This document shows positions 23,127-34,491 of a DNA stretch of 64,000 nucleotides, in pieces. Under the pieces are notes generated by a model, which worked only from the letters and a program-made list of their open reading frames with translations, searched no databases and had not been told where the DNA came from. How positions within the stretch are numbered: position 1 is the first letter of the stretch; each line of letters opens with the position of its first letter. The DNA comes from Blepharisma stoltei ATCC 30299. Lineage: Eukaryota; Protista; Ciliophora. The DNA is taken from assembly GCA_965603825.1 (NCBI GenBank), contig CBFDEM010000001.1, forward strand, positions 434,001-498,000, in the 5' to 3' direction. The position numbers and the translations under genes were made by a program.

Positions 23127-24128
23127 TTATGAATATTTTTTCAATTCATCTTCAGAAATTCCTTTTCTTTTTAAAAAGTCGATCATCTTTTCATATGAAA
23201 TATCCCCAGATTTATAAAGACTATCCATACACCTAATTAAAATTTTTTTTTTACTTTTTTCTTCTTCAGTTTCCCTTCTTGGCTTCTGAGATTTTATCTC
23301 GCTGATAAGTTTTTCCGCATTTTCGAAGAATTTCGTTTCATGAACTCCAGGGAGAATATTATTTATTGAGCGAGTAATATTTTGATCTATATTTATGATT
23401 TCTTTATCACATTTTTCAATTTCTATATTTACTCTAGATATATATTCTTCAAAAGCATGCAAATTATCTAATAAATATTTTTCTTTTCTATCAAAATCAT
23501 CATAGCTTAAAAGAATCTCTTTACCCAATTGAAGAACAATAAAAAAATTAAACCCTCTGCTAATTCGCATGGATCATGATGGAAGTAATTTAAAAACATC
23601 AATTAGATAAAAAGATGAAGTAAGGATTGCAAAAACTTCATCTATGCAGCTCAAGTATTTGAAAAATGAAGTTTTATCTTGTAAAGGAATTTTAGGAAAA
23701 TCCATCTTTGAAAAAGAAGCTTGTGAACAATTTTCCTCTTTTTCTATTCTATTTAATTGAAGTGCTTTAATTTCAATAATACGCTTTCTAATTTTGTTGA
23801 ATTTTTTAATTCTTTCATTTAATATTTTATGACGATTCTTGAAGTAGCTTACACGATTTTTCAAAATTTTTTCTTTATTTTGAAGATTTTTCTCCAAAAT
23901 ATCAAGGTTTGAGTAGCACTTTTCACTTATTCAGCTTTGAACTTTCAAGTTACGATCATCGAGGTACTTCTTCAAGCCCTTTATTTTGCCGGAAAAATAA
24001 AAAAAAGACAATACATTTGAAATCTCCAAAATCGTTTTGCATGTAAAAGTACAAACTTTAGAGCAACCCTTGACCACAAGCTCAGCAGCCTTCTTCACAG
24101 AATGCTTAATGAACCCAAATATTCCCAT
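23127..24128 (-). CDS. Cassette gene Y (copy A): orphan coiled-coil protein with hydrophobic segments (333 aa)
   Basis: Three ORF-track pieces share one frame via TGA at 23931 and 23574; both TGA positions are conserved in the paralog. Confidence 0.8.
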
Positions 24129-24327
24129 TCTACAAAAATATAAATAAAAATGGCTTATAAAATTAAAGCAATCGAGACTTAAATATTACCATTCTGAAAA
24201 TATTTAAATTTAAATGGCTCAAATAAATCTCATATTTAAAAATTGTTATTAAAGAATGACTGATATAAAATAGATAAATTAAGGCTCTCTGAATTATCAT
24301 AATTAATCCAGAGTAGCTTGAATACGT

Positions 24328-25602
24328 TTAGTGAGCATCCCCAGTGCGAGTTTCTTGGTCTATCTCTTCTAGAGTTTCTTTAATTAAATTCAAAGTGATT
24401 GAAGGATAGTCACTGCGAGAGACTTCGTAAATTCTATTTATTAATGTTGCATCGCTTTCTGATTTATTATGCGAGGCTCTAATCGCGAAAGCAATCAATT
24501 TTTTAAGATCTTTATTGCCTTTATATGCTAAATAAATACTCTTAACACCTTCGAGAGTCAATGTGCTGTATGATTTTTTTGCTTCCTCATAAACTTTACG
24601 TATTAATTTTTCACTATCATCAATTACCTCCTCCATGAAACTAATAATAATTGTAATTGAGCGTTCCATTAATACTTGATCTCTTTTTTGATAGCTGTTC
24701 TTGACCATATCAGTGACTAAATTAATGATATGATATATCTTATAATAAACTGGAGCCGAAATCTTAATCTCTTCATCAGCATCCAAAATTTCTAATAATT
24801 CTTCTTTTACAGTTTTAAATTCATTTTCCAAAGTTAATAAGTCTATTATTCTTTGAGAATTATTTTCATAAATCTCGTAAAAATTATTTGCTAGTTCTTT
24901 TAGTTTGTCAGTTAAGCTGTCGCTATCTTTTTTAAGCGTGCTGACTGCTTCTTCTAATTCCAACTTTCTTTTTTTAGCCTCATTGAGCAATCTTTCACTT
25001 TCTTCTTCTTGTTTTTGTGCTTTAGATATTGCATCGTAGGAGTGATAAATATCATAGAGAGCCATTCCAATGCTCCAACCGCATTTAAAACCTTTTCGTA
25101 AAGTTACATTTTTCGTATCATAATGTCCATTCCTTACTTTTTTACTGTAAGAGGATCCACGTTTCACTAGGTTTACAGCTCTAAACGCATAATCAGTTGA
25201 TGAGTTTAGTAGCTGGCTCATGCTTATAGTTTCAGGATTTGAATAATTTCCTCTCATTTTTTGGGTATTTGGGCACACAATCGTAGAATCATTGAACTCT
25301 TGTGCATCAAGATGATCTTTTAATTGTGAAATAATGATTTCTATCTTAGCTCTTAATTCCTTGAGCATACTTTTTTTATTCTTAATTTTTGATTTTTCTG
25401 ATTTAAACCTTTTAATTAAGCTATTGATGGGCTCTTCAAGTTCTTGAAGCTTATTAAAATTTTTTTGGGTGCCACTCTCCCAGCATAGAGTTGACAAATT
25501 TGATATACCAGCTACGACTCCAATAGCCTCTGCAGCTAGTGTTGCACATTTCACATACATCATTTTTATTATCAAATCTACAAAATTTAGTAAAATTATC
25601 AT
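24328..25602 (-). CDS. Cassette gene Z (copy A): orphan coiled-coil protein with duplicated C-terminal helical repeat (424 aa)
   Basis: Uninterrupted ORF; paralog at 29691-30968. Confidence 0.82.
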   Translation of the reverse strand: MIILLNFVDLIIKMMYVKCATLAAEAIGVVAGISNLSTLCWESGTQKNFNKLQELEEPINSLIKRFKSEKSKIKNKKSMLKELRAKIEIIISQLKDHLDAQEFNDSTIVCPNTQKMRGNYSNPETISMSQLLNSSTDYAFRAVNLVKRGSSYSKKVRNGHYDTKNVTLRKGFKCGWSIGMALYDIYHSYDAISKAQKQEEESERLLNEAKKRKLELEEAVSTLKKDSDSLTDKLKELANNFYEIYENNSQRIIDLLTLENEFKTVKEELLEILDADEEIKISAPVYYKIYHIINLVTDMVKNSYQKRDQVLMERSITIIISFMEEVIDDSEKLIRKVYEEAKKSYSTLTLEGVKSIYLAYKGNKDLKKLIAFAIRASHNKSESDATLINRIYEVSRSDYPSITLNLIKETLEEIDQETRTGDAH

Positions 25603-27269
25603 TACAAAATTTATAGAATCCTATTTAAAATGAAATGCAAATTTATATTTATATATAGTTGGTTTAATGCTACACTTTTATAAAGTCGAAAAACAGTATT
25701 TTGGCACTCTGGCTTATCAAACAAAGAAAGATTTTATTATATAATTTTTCTAAGAAATTTTACGTTTTTTAACTTTTTATCTGTTCGCTGGCATTTAGTT
25801 GGATTTCTTGAACATTAATTAATGTGAGGATATCTGAAGCTCTGCCTCGCAAGCATTCCAATCATCTAAAATAAATAGATTATTTTATCACATAATGCCA
25901 GGCTTGCTGTTTGCCTTTAGATATGAATTGCGGATAACTATTTAGAATGGTGTGTTGATATTTATTAGAGAGCGGCATTCAAGCAAATATTGAGTTATGT
26001 GCTTGTTTTGTATGCAAAAGCAGCACGTGAACCATTTTTAAAGAGATCATTTGCTGCATCATTATGGATTGCGCAAATTGAGTTGAATGACTAAATGCAA
26101 GGTTTGGTAACGATTTCAGCTGCAGTTTTTGAGAGGAGTTTTATAATCTAATATTCCATGCTCTAAGAGTTTAAATTTGATAAGTTAGGATATTTATGAT
26201 ATAGATTTCTTATTCTATAATTACTTTACAGGGAAATCTTTTGAATTTTTATGCAACGCTAAGGCATATTTGACTAGAATAGATCTGTGTTTGTGATGAT
26301 ACGATATGAGTAGAGAATGATTGCAAACATTCGTTATTAATCAGGATTATGGGCCTGATTGCGAATAAAATAATAAAGCTTTTTTGTAAAATAGTGACAT
26401 AAAGTTATGGCCTAGGCATTCAGTTCAGTGAAGAAATTGTCTGTACAAATGCCAGCAAGAAAGTCTTGATAAATATTGTTTAAAAACTAAAACTGATCAG
26501 AGTTTACAAATATTTTATGTATAAAAATTAAATTTGTCAAACATATTTAGCGACCCAAATTGTGGCATATGAAGAGATGCTTCACAAAAAGACATAATAT
26601 TTTTCATATATTTTTTTTAAAGTTTTACTAGATAAATGCATCACAAACATCGCACAAAACCAAGACACTATATGACGAACTCTCAGCATAAAATTCATCC
26701 AAGACTAGAATTATTTACATCTCGCTATTATAATAAAAGCATTTTGAAGAGCATTTGTATCACAAACCCAATAAAAGCATTGATAGTGATACTTAATCAA
26801 CTAATTTCTCACATCATACATCATTCAAGGATGTTAAATTCATGCAAATTTAGTTTGAAATGAATTTTAACCACTTTTATGCATTGGTTTGCCGCTTAAG
26901 CAAGCATCAATACAATGTATTTTATAGATCATTGCAGCTACATACAAAAAAGAAACGGAGAATCATGCGGCGCATAAATTATAGATGCCAACTCACAACC
27001 AAATGCTCAAAAGCATTTTTCGCTATTTCAGCATACCCCTGTAACGATAATCCGACTCAGTATTACTACTTGAAATCAATTTAATTAGATAGATCGATTA
27101 ATATAGCAGCCTATAATAGTTCGGCTAATTTCAAAGGGGCTAATTTTCTTTTTAAAAATTTTCTCTAACTACTAATTATCAAAATAGTCTATTGGGAAGC
27201 TCAATCTCTTTTCATAGTTTTATATTTAATTAATGTGGAATTAGTATAGATATTTTTTTTGAAAATAAA

Positions 27270-28422
27270 TTAAGAATTCTTATAAAGATCATTATAGATA
27301 GATCTTGCCTCTTTTATTGTAAACTTAGGGTAATTTTTTCTAATCTCTGAGTAAGCCAACTCAATAATATTTTTTTCATCAAATGCTTCTTTTAAAGCCT
27401 CAAAGACTCTTATAGTAGCTTTATATGCTGATTGCTTTTCTATCATTTGATCTATTTTTCTACTTGATGACATAAAACGATTTATGATTGCATATAACTC
27501 GTCTATTATTGCGCTATGAGCGTCTGTAATTTCAGAGTGCTGACTATTTATTTTTATTCTGCTCCGACATTCCTTGATTTTCAATGTGCTTTTGTATAGG
27601 AGCAATTAGTTCTGAATTCGATTCAATTGATCTTGTAAAAGAATCAATAATTCTTTCCATCGAATCAATTTGCTCTCTTTCAATAATTTTGGCTTCATTT
27701 ATTCAATCCTCAATATAAGCTTTTGACCTCAAAAGCTTATCTATTTTTTCTTGGCAATTTCTTTCATTTAGTTTTTTTAGGCTATTGCTTAAATCATAAA
27801 TTGAATATAGAAATTGCCCGAGGATGGCACAAAATAGTGCCATCCTCGGGCAATTATATAAAACTTTTATAAGGTGTAAAGGAAATGTCCAGATATTTTG
27901 GTGTGAAAGCAAGAATATTTTAAGCATTCCAAGGCTTAAAAGTATTCTAATTAATTTATATAATCCAATATAAATTTTTTCTATTTGATAGTTATATTCA
28001 ACCTGATATTGTTCGTCAAAATGGGCATTTCGACTTCTATAATTTCTCTCTAAAGGGGGTAATTGAAACTCAAAGAGGTACTCTGGGAAAGATTCTGATT
28101 CATCATTATTGTAGATCGTTGTAAAAGATTTCAATCTTAGCATGCTTCTATCTACTACCCTTATATTATTTGATAGGCCATTTAGGGAAATCTCTATGAG
28201 GTTTAACTTTTCACCTAAGTCTTTGAGCATTGAATTATTTTTCTCAATACGACCTTGGAGATTTTTTGCTTCTTTCCAATAATTTTTCGATGTAGTCAAT
28301 TCCTTATCAATTTGAGAATTTTTAGCCTTGATTTTAGATTTTGCATGCTTCTCTATGAGCTTACTTGTTAAAAAAATTGACAAATTGATTGCAAGTCCAG
28401 CTTTTCAAAAGTTATATCCCAT
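27270..28422 (-). pseudogene. Cassette gene X' (copy B), frameshifted
   Basis: The T-run at 27578-27581 is 4 nt versus 6 nt in copy A, giving a premature TAG at 27544-27546. Sequence past the shift is still near-identical to X. Could be a homopolymer assembly error. Confidence 0.6.
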
Positions 28423-28470
28423 TTTAAAATTATAGAATTCACTTTATTTTTCTTAAATTTCTAAAATAAT

Positions 28471-29496
28471 TTAGTTGTTATTATGAATTTTTTTCAATTC
28501 ATCCTCAGAAATTCCCCTTCTCTTTAAAGCGATGCTCATCTTTTCATATGAAATTGTCCCAGATTTATAACGACTAACCACACAATCAATAAAAGATTTT
28601 TTAATTTTTTCTTCTTCTTTTTCTTTTTCTTCTTCTTCTATTTCGCTTATTGGCTTCCGAGATTTTAGTTCGCTGATCATTTTTTCTGAAACTTCGAAAA
28701 ATTTCGTTTCATCAACTCCAGGAAAAGCATTATTTATTTCTTGTAAAATATTTCTATTTATATTAGAGATTTCTGAATCACATTTTTTAATTTCATCATT
28801 CACTTTTAATATATATTCATCAAAAGCTTTCAAATTATCCAATAAATATTTTTCTTTTCTGTTAAAATCATCATAGCTTAAAAGAACTTCTATGCCCATT
28901 TGAAGAACAAGCAAACCTCCGCCAATTCACATGGATCATAATAATGAAAATAATGAAAATAATTCACCAACAAAATCAACTATATAAATAGCTGTAGAAA
29001 GAATTGCCGGAACTTTATCTATATTGCTCAAGCATTTGAAAAATTGAGTTTGATCTTGTAAAGGCAATTTAGAAAATTCCATCACTGAATAAGAAGCTTG
29101 CGAATAATTTTCCTTTCTTTCTGTTTTATTTCATTGAAGTTGTTGAATTTCCTCAATACGGTTTATAATTTCGTTGAGTTTTTCAATTCTTTCATTTAAT
29201 TTTCCGCAACGATCCTTGAGATCGTTTTTATGATTTTCAAGAATTTTTTCTTTATCCTGAAGGCTTTTTTCCAAATTATCAAATCTTGAGTATAGATTTC
29301 CACTTATTCAGCTTTTGAATTCCAAGTCACGATCTTCAAGCCACTTCATCAAGCCCGTTTTTTTACCGGAAGAATAAAATAAATATATCGAATTACAAAT
29401 AGTCAAAATCTTTGTGAATGCACTAAATAAAGCTTTGCCCACACTCTTAGTAGCACTCAGCAGTTGATGCTTAATGAACTCTCATATTTTTTCCAT
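28471..29496 (-). CDS. Cassette gene Y' (copy B, 341 aa)
   Basis: ATG at 29496 (MEKI[TGA]EFIKH); open to TAA at 28471 with five TGA=W. Confidence 0.78.
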
Positions 29497-29690
29497 TCTA
29501 CAAATATTTATATAAAAATGGTTTATAGAATCAAAGAAATCGACACTTCAATTCTATAAATATTAAAAATAAAAATCGATTAAATATCTCTAATATATAG
29601 CAAAATTATGATTAAAGAATGACTTATAAAATTAGATAAATCAAGGCTCTCTGAATTATGATAATCAATCCAGAGTAAGTTGAAATACGT

Positions 29691-30968
29691 TTATTGAGCA
29701 TCCCTAATGCAATTTGCTTGTTTTATCTCTTCTAGAGTTTCTCTAATTAAACTCAAAGTAATTAAAGGATAATCTCTGCGAGAGCCTTGGTAAATTCTAT
29801 TTATTAATTCTTCATCGCTTTCTGATTTATTATGCGTATTTCTCATCATGGAAGCAATTATTTCTTTAAGCTCTTTGCTTCTTTTGTATTCTAAATAAAC
29901 ACGCTCAACAACTTCAAAAGTCAATGTGCTATAAGATTCTTTTGATTTATCATAAACTTCATGGATTAATTCTTCGCTATCATCAATTAAATCCTCCAAG
30001 TAACTGATAATTTTTTTAATTGAACTTTCCATTAATGCTTGATCTCATTGTTGATAGCTGGCCTTGACCATATCAATGACAGAATTAATAATATGATATA
30101 TTTTAGAATAAACTGAATTCGAAATTCTAAGCTCTTCTCCAGCATGCACAATTTCTAATACTTCTTCTTTTACAGCTCTAAATTCATTTTCCAAAGGTAA
30201 TAAGTCTGTTATTGTCTTAGCATTTTTTTCATAAATCTCATAAAAATTATTTGCTAGCTTTTTTAAATTGTCAGTTAAGCTATCGCTAACTTTTTTAAGC
30301 ATGTTGACTGCTTCTTCTAATTCCTCCTTTCTTTTTATAGCCTCTGTGAGCAATCTTTCACTTTCTTCTTTCTTGTTTTTTGCTTTAGATATTGTATCGT
30401 AGGAGTCATAAATATTATAGAGAGCCATTCCAATGCTCCAACCGCATTTAAAACCTTTTCATAAAGTTACATCTTTGACATCATAATGTCCATTTGTTGC
30501 TTTTTCAAAGTAAAAAAATCCACGTTTTAACTGGCTTGGGAATCCTTTAAGTACAGCCTCAGTCGAAATGCTTAATAGATTTCTCGTGCTTATAGTTTCA
30601 GGATTTGAATAATTTCCTCTCATTGTTTGGGTGTTTAAATTCATTTTATTGGAATTCGCTAACTTTTGCATATCAAGATGATCTTCTAAATGTGAAATGA
30701 TGATTTCCATCTTACCTCTTAATCCCTTGTGCATTCTTATTTTATTCTCAATTTTTGATTTTTCTGATTCAAGCCTTTTAATTAAGTTATTGATGGTCTC
30801 TTCAAGTTTTTCAAGCTTATTAAAATTTTCTTTGGTGTCACTATCCCAGACGAGGGTTGCAAAATTGGATAAGCTAGCTACCATTCCAATAGCATCTGCA
30901 GCTATTCTTGCACCTTTCACATAAATCATTTTTATTATCAATTCTACAAAATTTAGTAAAATTATCAT
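29691..30968 (-). CDS. Cassette gene Z' (copy B, 425 aa)
   Basis: Three ORF pieces join via TGA at 30459 and 30045; colinear with Z. Confidence 0.78.
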
Positions 30969-32328
30969 TATAACATATTTATAGAATCGATTTTAAATGA
31001 AATGCAAATTTATATTTATATATAGTTGATTTAATGCTCCACTTTTATAAAGTCGAAAAACAGTGCTTTTTAGCACTTTGGCTTACCGAGAAAAGAAAGA
31101 TCTTATTATATACTAATTTTTCTAAGAAAAGTCCAGTATTTTTAATTTCTTATCTGTTCGCTGGCACTTAGCTGGATTTTCTTAAACGTTAATTAATATG
31201 AGGATATCTGAAGCTCTACCTCAAAATAATTCCAATTATCGAAAATTAATAGATTATTTTATCAAATGATGCCATCCATGCTTACCTGCTGATATCTATT
31301 TACCTTTTAGATATGAATTGCGGATAACTATTTAGAATAGTGTGTTGATATTTAATTGTAGAGCGACATTAGGCAAAATATTGAATTATGTGCTTGTTTG
31401 GTATGTGAAAGCAACACATGGACATTTTTAAAGGGTCATTACTGCATCGTTATGGATTGCGCAAAATTGAGTTGAATGACTATAATGCAAGGTTTGGTAG
31501 CAATTTTAGCTGCAATTTTGAGAGGAGTTCTATAATCTAATAATCCATACTCTAAAAGTTTAAATTTGACTAGGCAGGATATTAATGCTATAGATTTTTC
31601 ATTCTATAATTACTTTAAAGGGAAATCTTTTGAATTTTTATGCAACACTGAGGCATATTTGACTAGAATAGATCTGTGTTTGTGATGATACTATAGGAGT
31701 AGAGAATGATGGCAAACATTCGTTATTAAGTGGCAATTATGGCCTGGTTGCAACTAATTATTATAAAGCTTTTTTTATAATAATTACATAAAGTTATGGC
31801 CTAGGCATTCGGTTCAGTGAAGAGACAGTCCGTACTAATGCCAGCAAGAAAGTCTTTAAAATCTTGTCAAAAAATTAAAACCGATCATATTTACCAAATG
31901 AAAATTAATTTGTCAAACATATTCAGCGAGCCAAATTTTATTTTAAAATGCATCTGGCATTCAAAAGATGCTTCAAAAGACATAGTATTTCATGTGAATT
32001 TTTATTAGAGTTTTATAAGATAATGCACCACAAGCATCACAATTGCGTGCCACGAAACCAAAATACAATATCACGCAGCTCTCAGCATAAATTTCAGCCA
32101 AAACTACAATTATTTACCTATATAAAATTAATAAAATTAATATGAATTTAAATTATCATTCTTGCAAAGAAAATAGAAATCAGCTTTCAGATTTATTATG
32201 TATAATCGTAAAATATTGTTGCATGCTTTATAGAAATCTAAATAAGTAAATAGATTTCAAATGTTTTCTAACAAAATTTATCAAATAAATCATAAAATAC
32301 CAAAATATCTGAACTTAATATCGTAAAA

Positions 32329-34491
32329 TTAATTTAAACGATTTAAATATTTTTGTATCGTCTCAATAATCACTTCAGAACTACAAGGCTTAACCAAGCA
32401 CTCTGTCATTCCACTTTCATAGCATTTTTTCACATCATCACTTGAACTAAATGCCGAATATCCAATAATCCACGGCACTCTCCTCAATCTCCCTCCTTCA
32501 TACTTCTCATGAATAACCTTAGTCGCTTCTCACCCATCTAGCTCTGGCATACTGCAGTCCATAATAACAACATAATACGGCTTATCTTTATTATCCATAG
32601 TCATCACACATTCTACCGCTTCTTTTCCATTGCAAGCTTCATTATATAAAATCTCATTTCTCGTCAGCAGTGAGCCAAGAATAATCCTATTAAAATCATT
32701 ATCATCCACAATTAGTACCTTTGGGTATCTATTTCTTATATCATTATATGTAAAAAACTGAATGACTTTTAGAGGCTGCTTTTCTTCTTCAATTGTATAA
32801 TCAGAGTCTTCTTCTTGAAAAGAGGACGGGGAGTTATTGGAATCAAACGCATTTATTGCAAAAGAAAATGTTGAGCCTTTACCAGGCTGTGAAGAAACAT
32901 TAATGCATGTCCCTTCAAGTTCTTTTACAATGCGATTTGTTATGTGAAGGCCTAGTCCACAGCCTTGAGGATTAATATTGGCAGTGTTTGAAGTGCTGAA
33001 TTCTTCAAATAGCTTCAAAAGTTTATCATCAGGGATGCCAATTCCTGTGTCATTTACAACTAATTTCAATTGTTCTTCAGCTGTCATCAGACAACAGATC
33101 TCGATTGAGCCTTTCATGGTGAATTTCAAAGCGTTACTTAGTAAGTTTAAGATAGCTTGGCTAAGTCTCAAAGGGTCTGTATAAACTCATTCAGGTAAAT
33201 CTGGATCAAATCTTAAATTCAACTCTAAGTTTTTTTTTTGAGCTTGAAGTTTTATAAGGTCGCTTGTACTGGAAACCAGCTCTCTTATGCGAAATTTTGA
33301 CTTTTGGATACTAAATACCCCAGCAAGCATTCTGGAATAGTCTAATAAATCATTAACTAAGGAAAGAAGCAGCTTAGAAGAAACCAGAATCATTTCAATT
33401 TTCTTGATTTGGCATTCATCAATAACAATTCTTAATTCTTCCAGCAATTCCTTCGCTAAAAATAATATCGCATTAATAGGGGTTCTTAGTTCATGAGACA
33501 CCGATCTCAATAAAACCGTCTTAATCTTGTTTTCTGCATTAGTTTGCTCAAGTTGAATAATTTGATTAGCATTTTTTGCATATATAATTAATGCTACTTT
33601 TTTATTTTCCCACAAAATTTTTGTCGCTTTTCACTCAATATTGATGTCCCTCTCCATCGAAATCCCTAGCATCACTTCATGGTTAAATTCATAATTAAAA
33701 ATAAATTGAATATCATCAATTAGCCTATTTGAATTTGTTAAAGTCGAATATTTTTTATCTTTTGTATATTCTATATCTTGAAGCAAAGAAATTACTTCTT
33801 CTTTAGAGCAAGAAAGTAGTCTTAGAATATTGGGGTTAAAATATTCAATTTTATTTGGTCTTGAAATTACTAGAATTCCATCAGGGCATCCATTGATTAC
33901 GATACCTAGTCTGCTTTCGGCTTTCTCTAATTCTTTCCAATATATGAACCTCTCTTGAGAAGCCCGCAAGCGAAGGTAAGAAATCAAGTTAAAAATGATG
34001 AAAATATAGAGAATTGTCATGTAAATAGAAAGATTTTGTATATAATTCAAATTTTCTGGAAAAGAGTTTATATAGTATCAAAGCACTATATGTCGTCCAT
34101 ATATTAGATTTTTAAGCCAGATTTGTTGAATAAATGGTAGCTCTAGGTGTTTCACGATTAAGCAGGCTAGCATTTCAAAAAGGATTTTATGTTCTATGCT
34201 GAAAAATAAAGAATGATAAAAAAGTGCTAAGCTTGCCAGCTCTGCGTATAATAAAGACGAAATTGCTTTATAAATGGCTTTCTTGTTTTTTAGAAATTTT
34301 ACAATTAAAAAGGTCATTGTGTGAATCCCTATAAAAGGGGCTACAAAGACTGGGAAAGTTTTGTCATAAAACAAAAAGCTGAGAGACCAGACTAGCAGAA
34401 TAATAGCCATAGAGAGGTAGATATACTTCTTTAAAATTTGAAAAGTCTCATTCACCTCTTCTTCCCACCAACTATTTTGGAAATCAGTCAT
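32329..34491 (-). CDS. Membrane hybrid histidine kinase (TM-PAS-like-HisKA-HATPase-receiver, 720 aa)
   Basis: One frame through TGA at 34078, 33631, 33187 and 32530. H-box SVSHELRTP, N-box NLLSNALKFT, DTGIGI, GCGLGL; receiver VDDN, IMDCSMPELDG[W], KP. Confidence 0.92.

Larger units (their letters stand above)
21891..26718. repeat. Segmental duplication, copy A (three genes plus ~1.1 kb upstream non-coding DNA)
   Basis: Colinear with 27203-32117 throughout, e.g. ttaagaattcttataaagatcattatagatag and atatgaattgcggataactatttagaat occur in both copies. Ends are approximate. Confidence 0.93.
27203..32117. repeat. Segmental duplication, copy B
   Basis: Direct tandem copy of 21891-26718, separated by a ~480-bp unique spacer. 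Ends are approximate. Confidence 0.93.

Noticed and set aside
25947-26174. 75-codon Cys/Trp-rich plus-strand ORF under UGA=Trp, and ORFs 26636..27084 and 31817..32145
   Set aside because: Start codons and frames are not conserved in the duplicated copy (26860..27084 lies in the unique spacer and has no motifs).
27540-27550. Euplotes-type +1 frameshift at AAA-TAG that would rescue X'
   Set aside because: The same bases are present in intact copy A in another frame, so this is probably coincidence; such frameshifting is not known to me in heterotrichs.
32329-34491. Histidine kinase as a recent bacterial transfer
   Set aside because: Hybrid histidine kinases are common in ciliates, and this one uses host UGA-Trp codons and host base composition.
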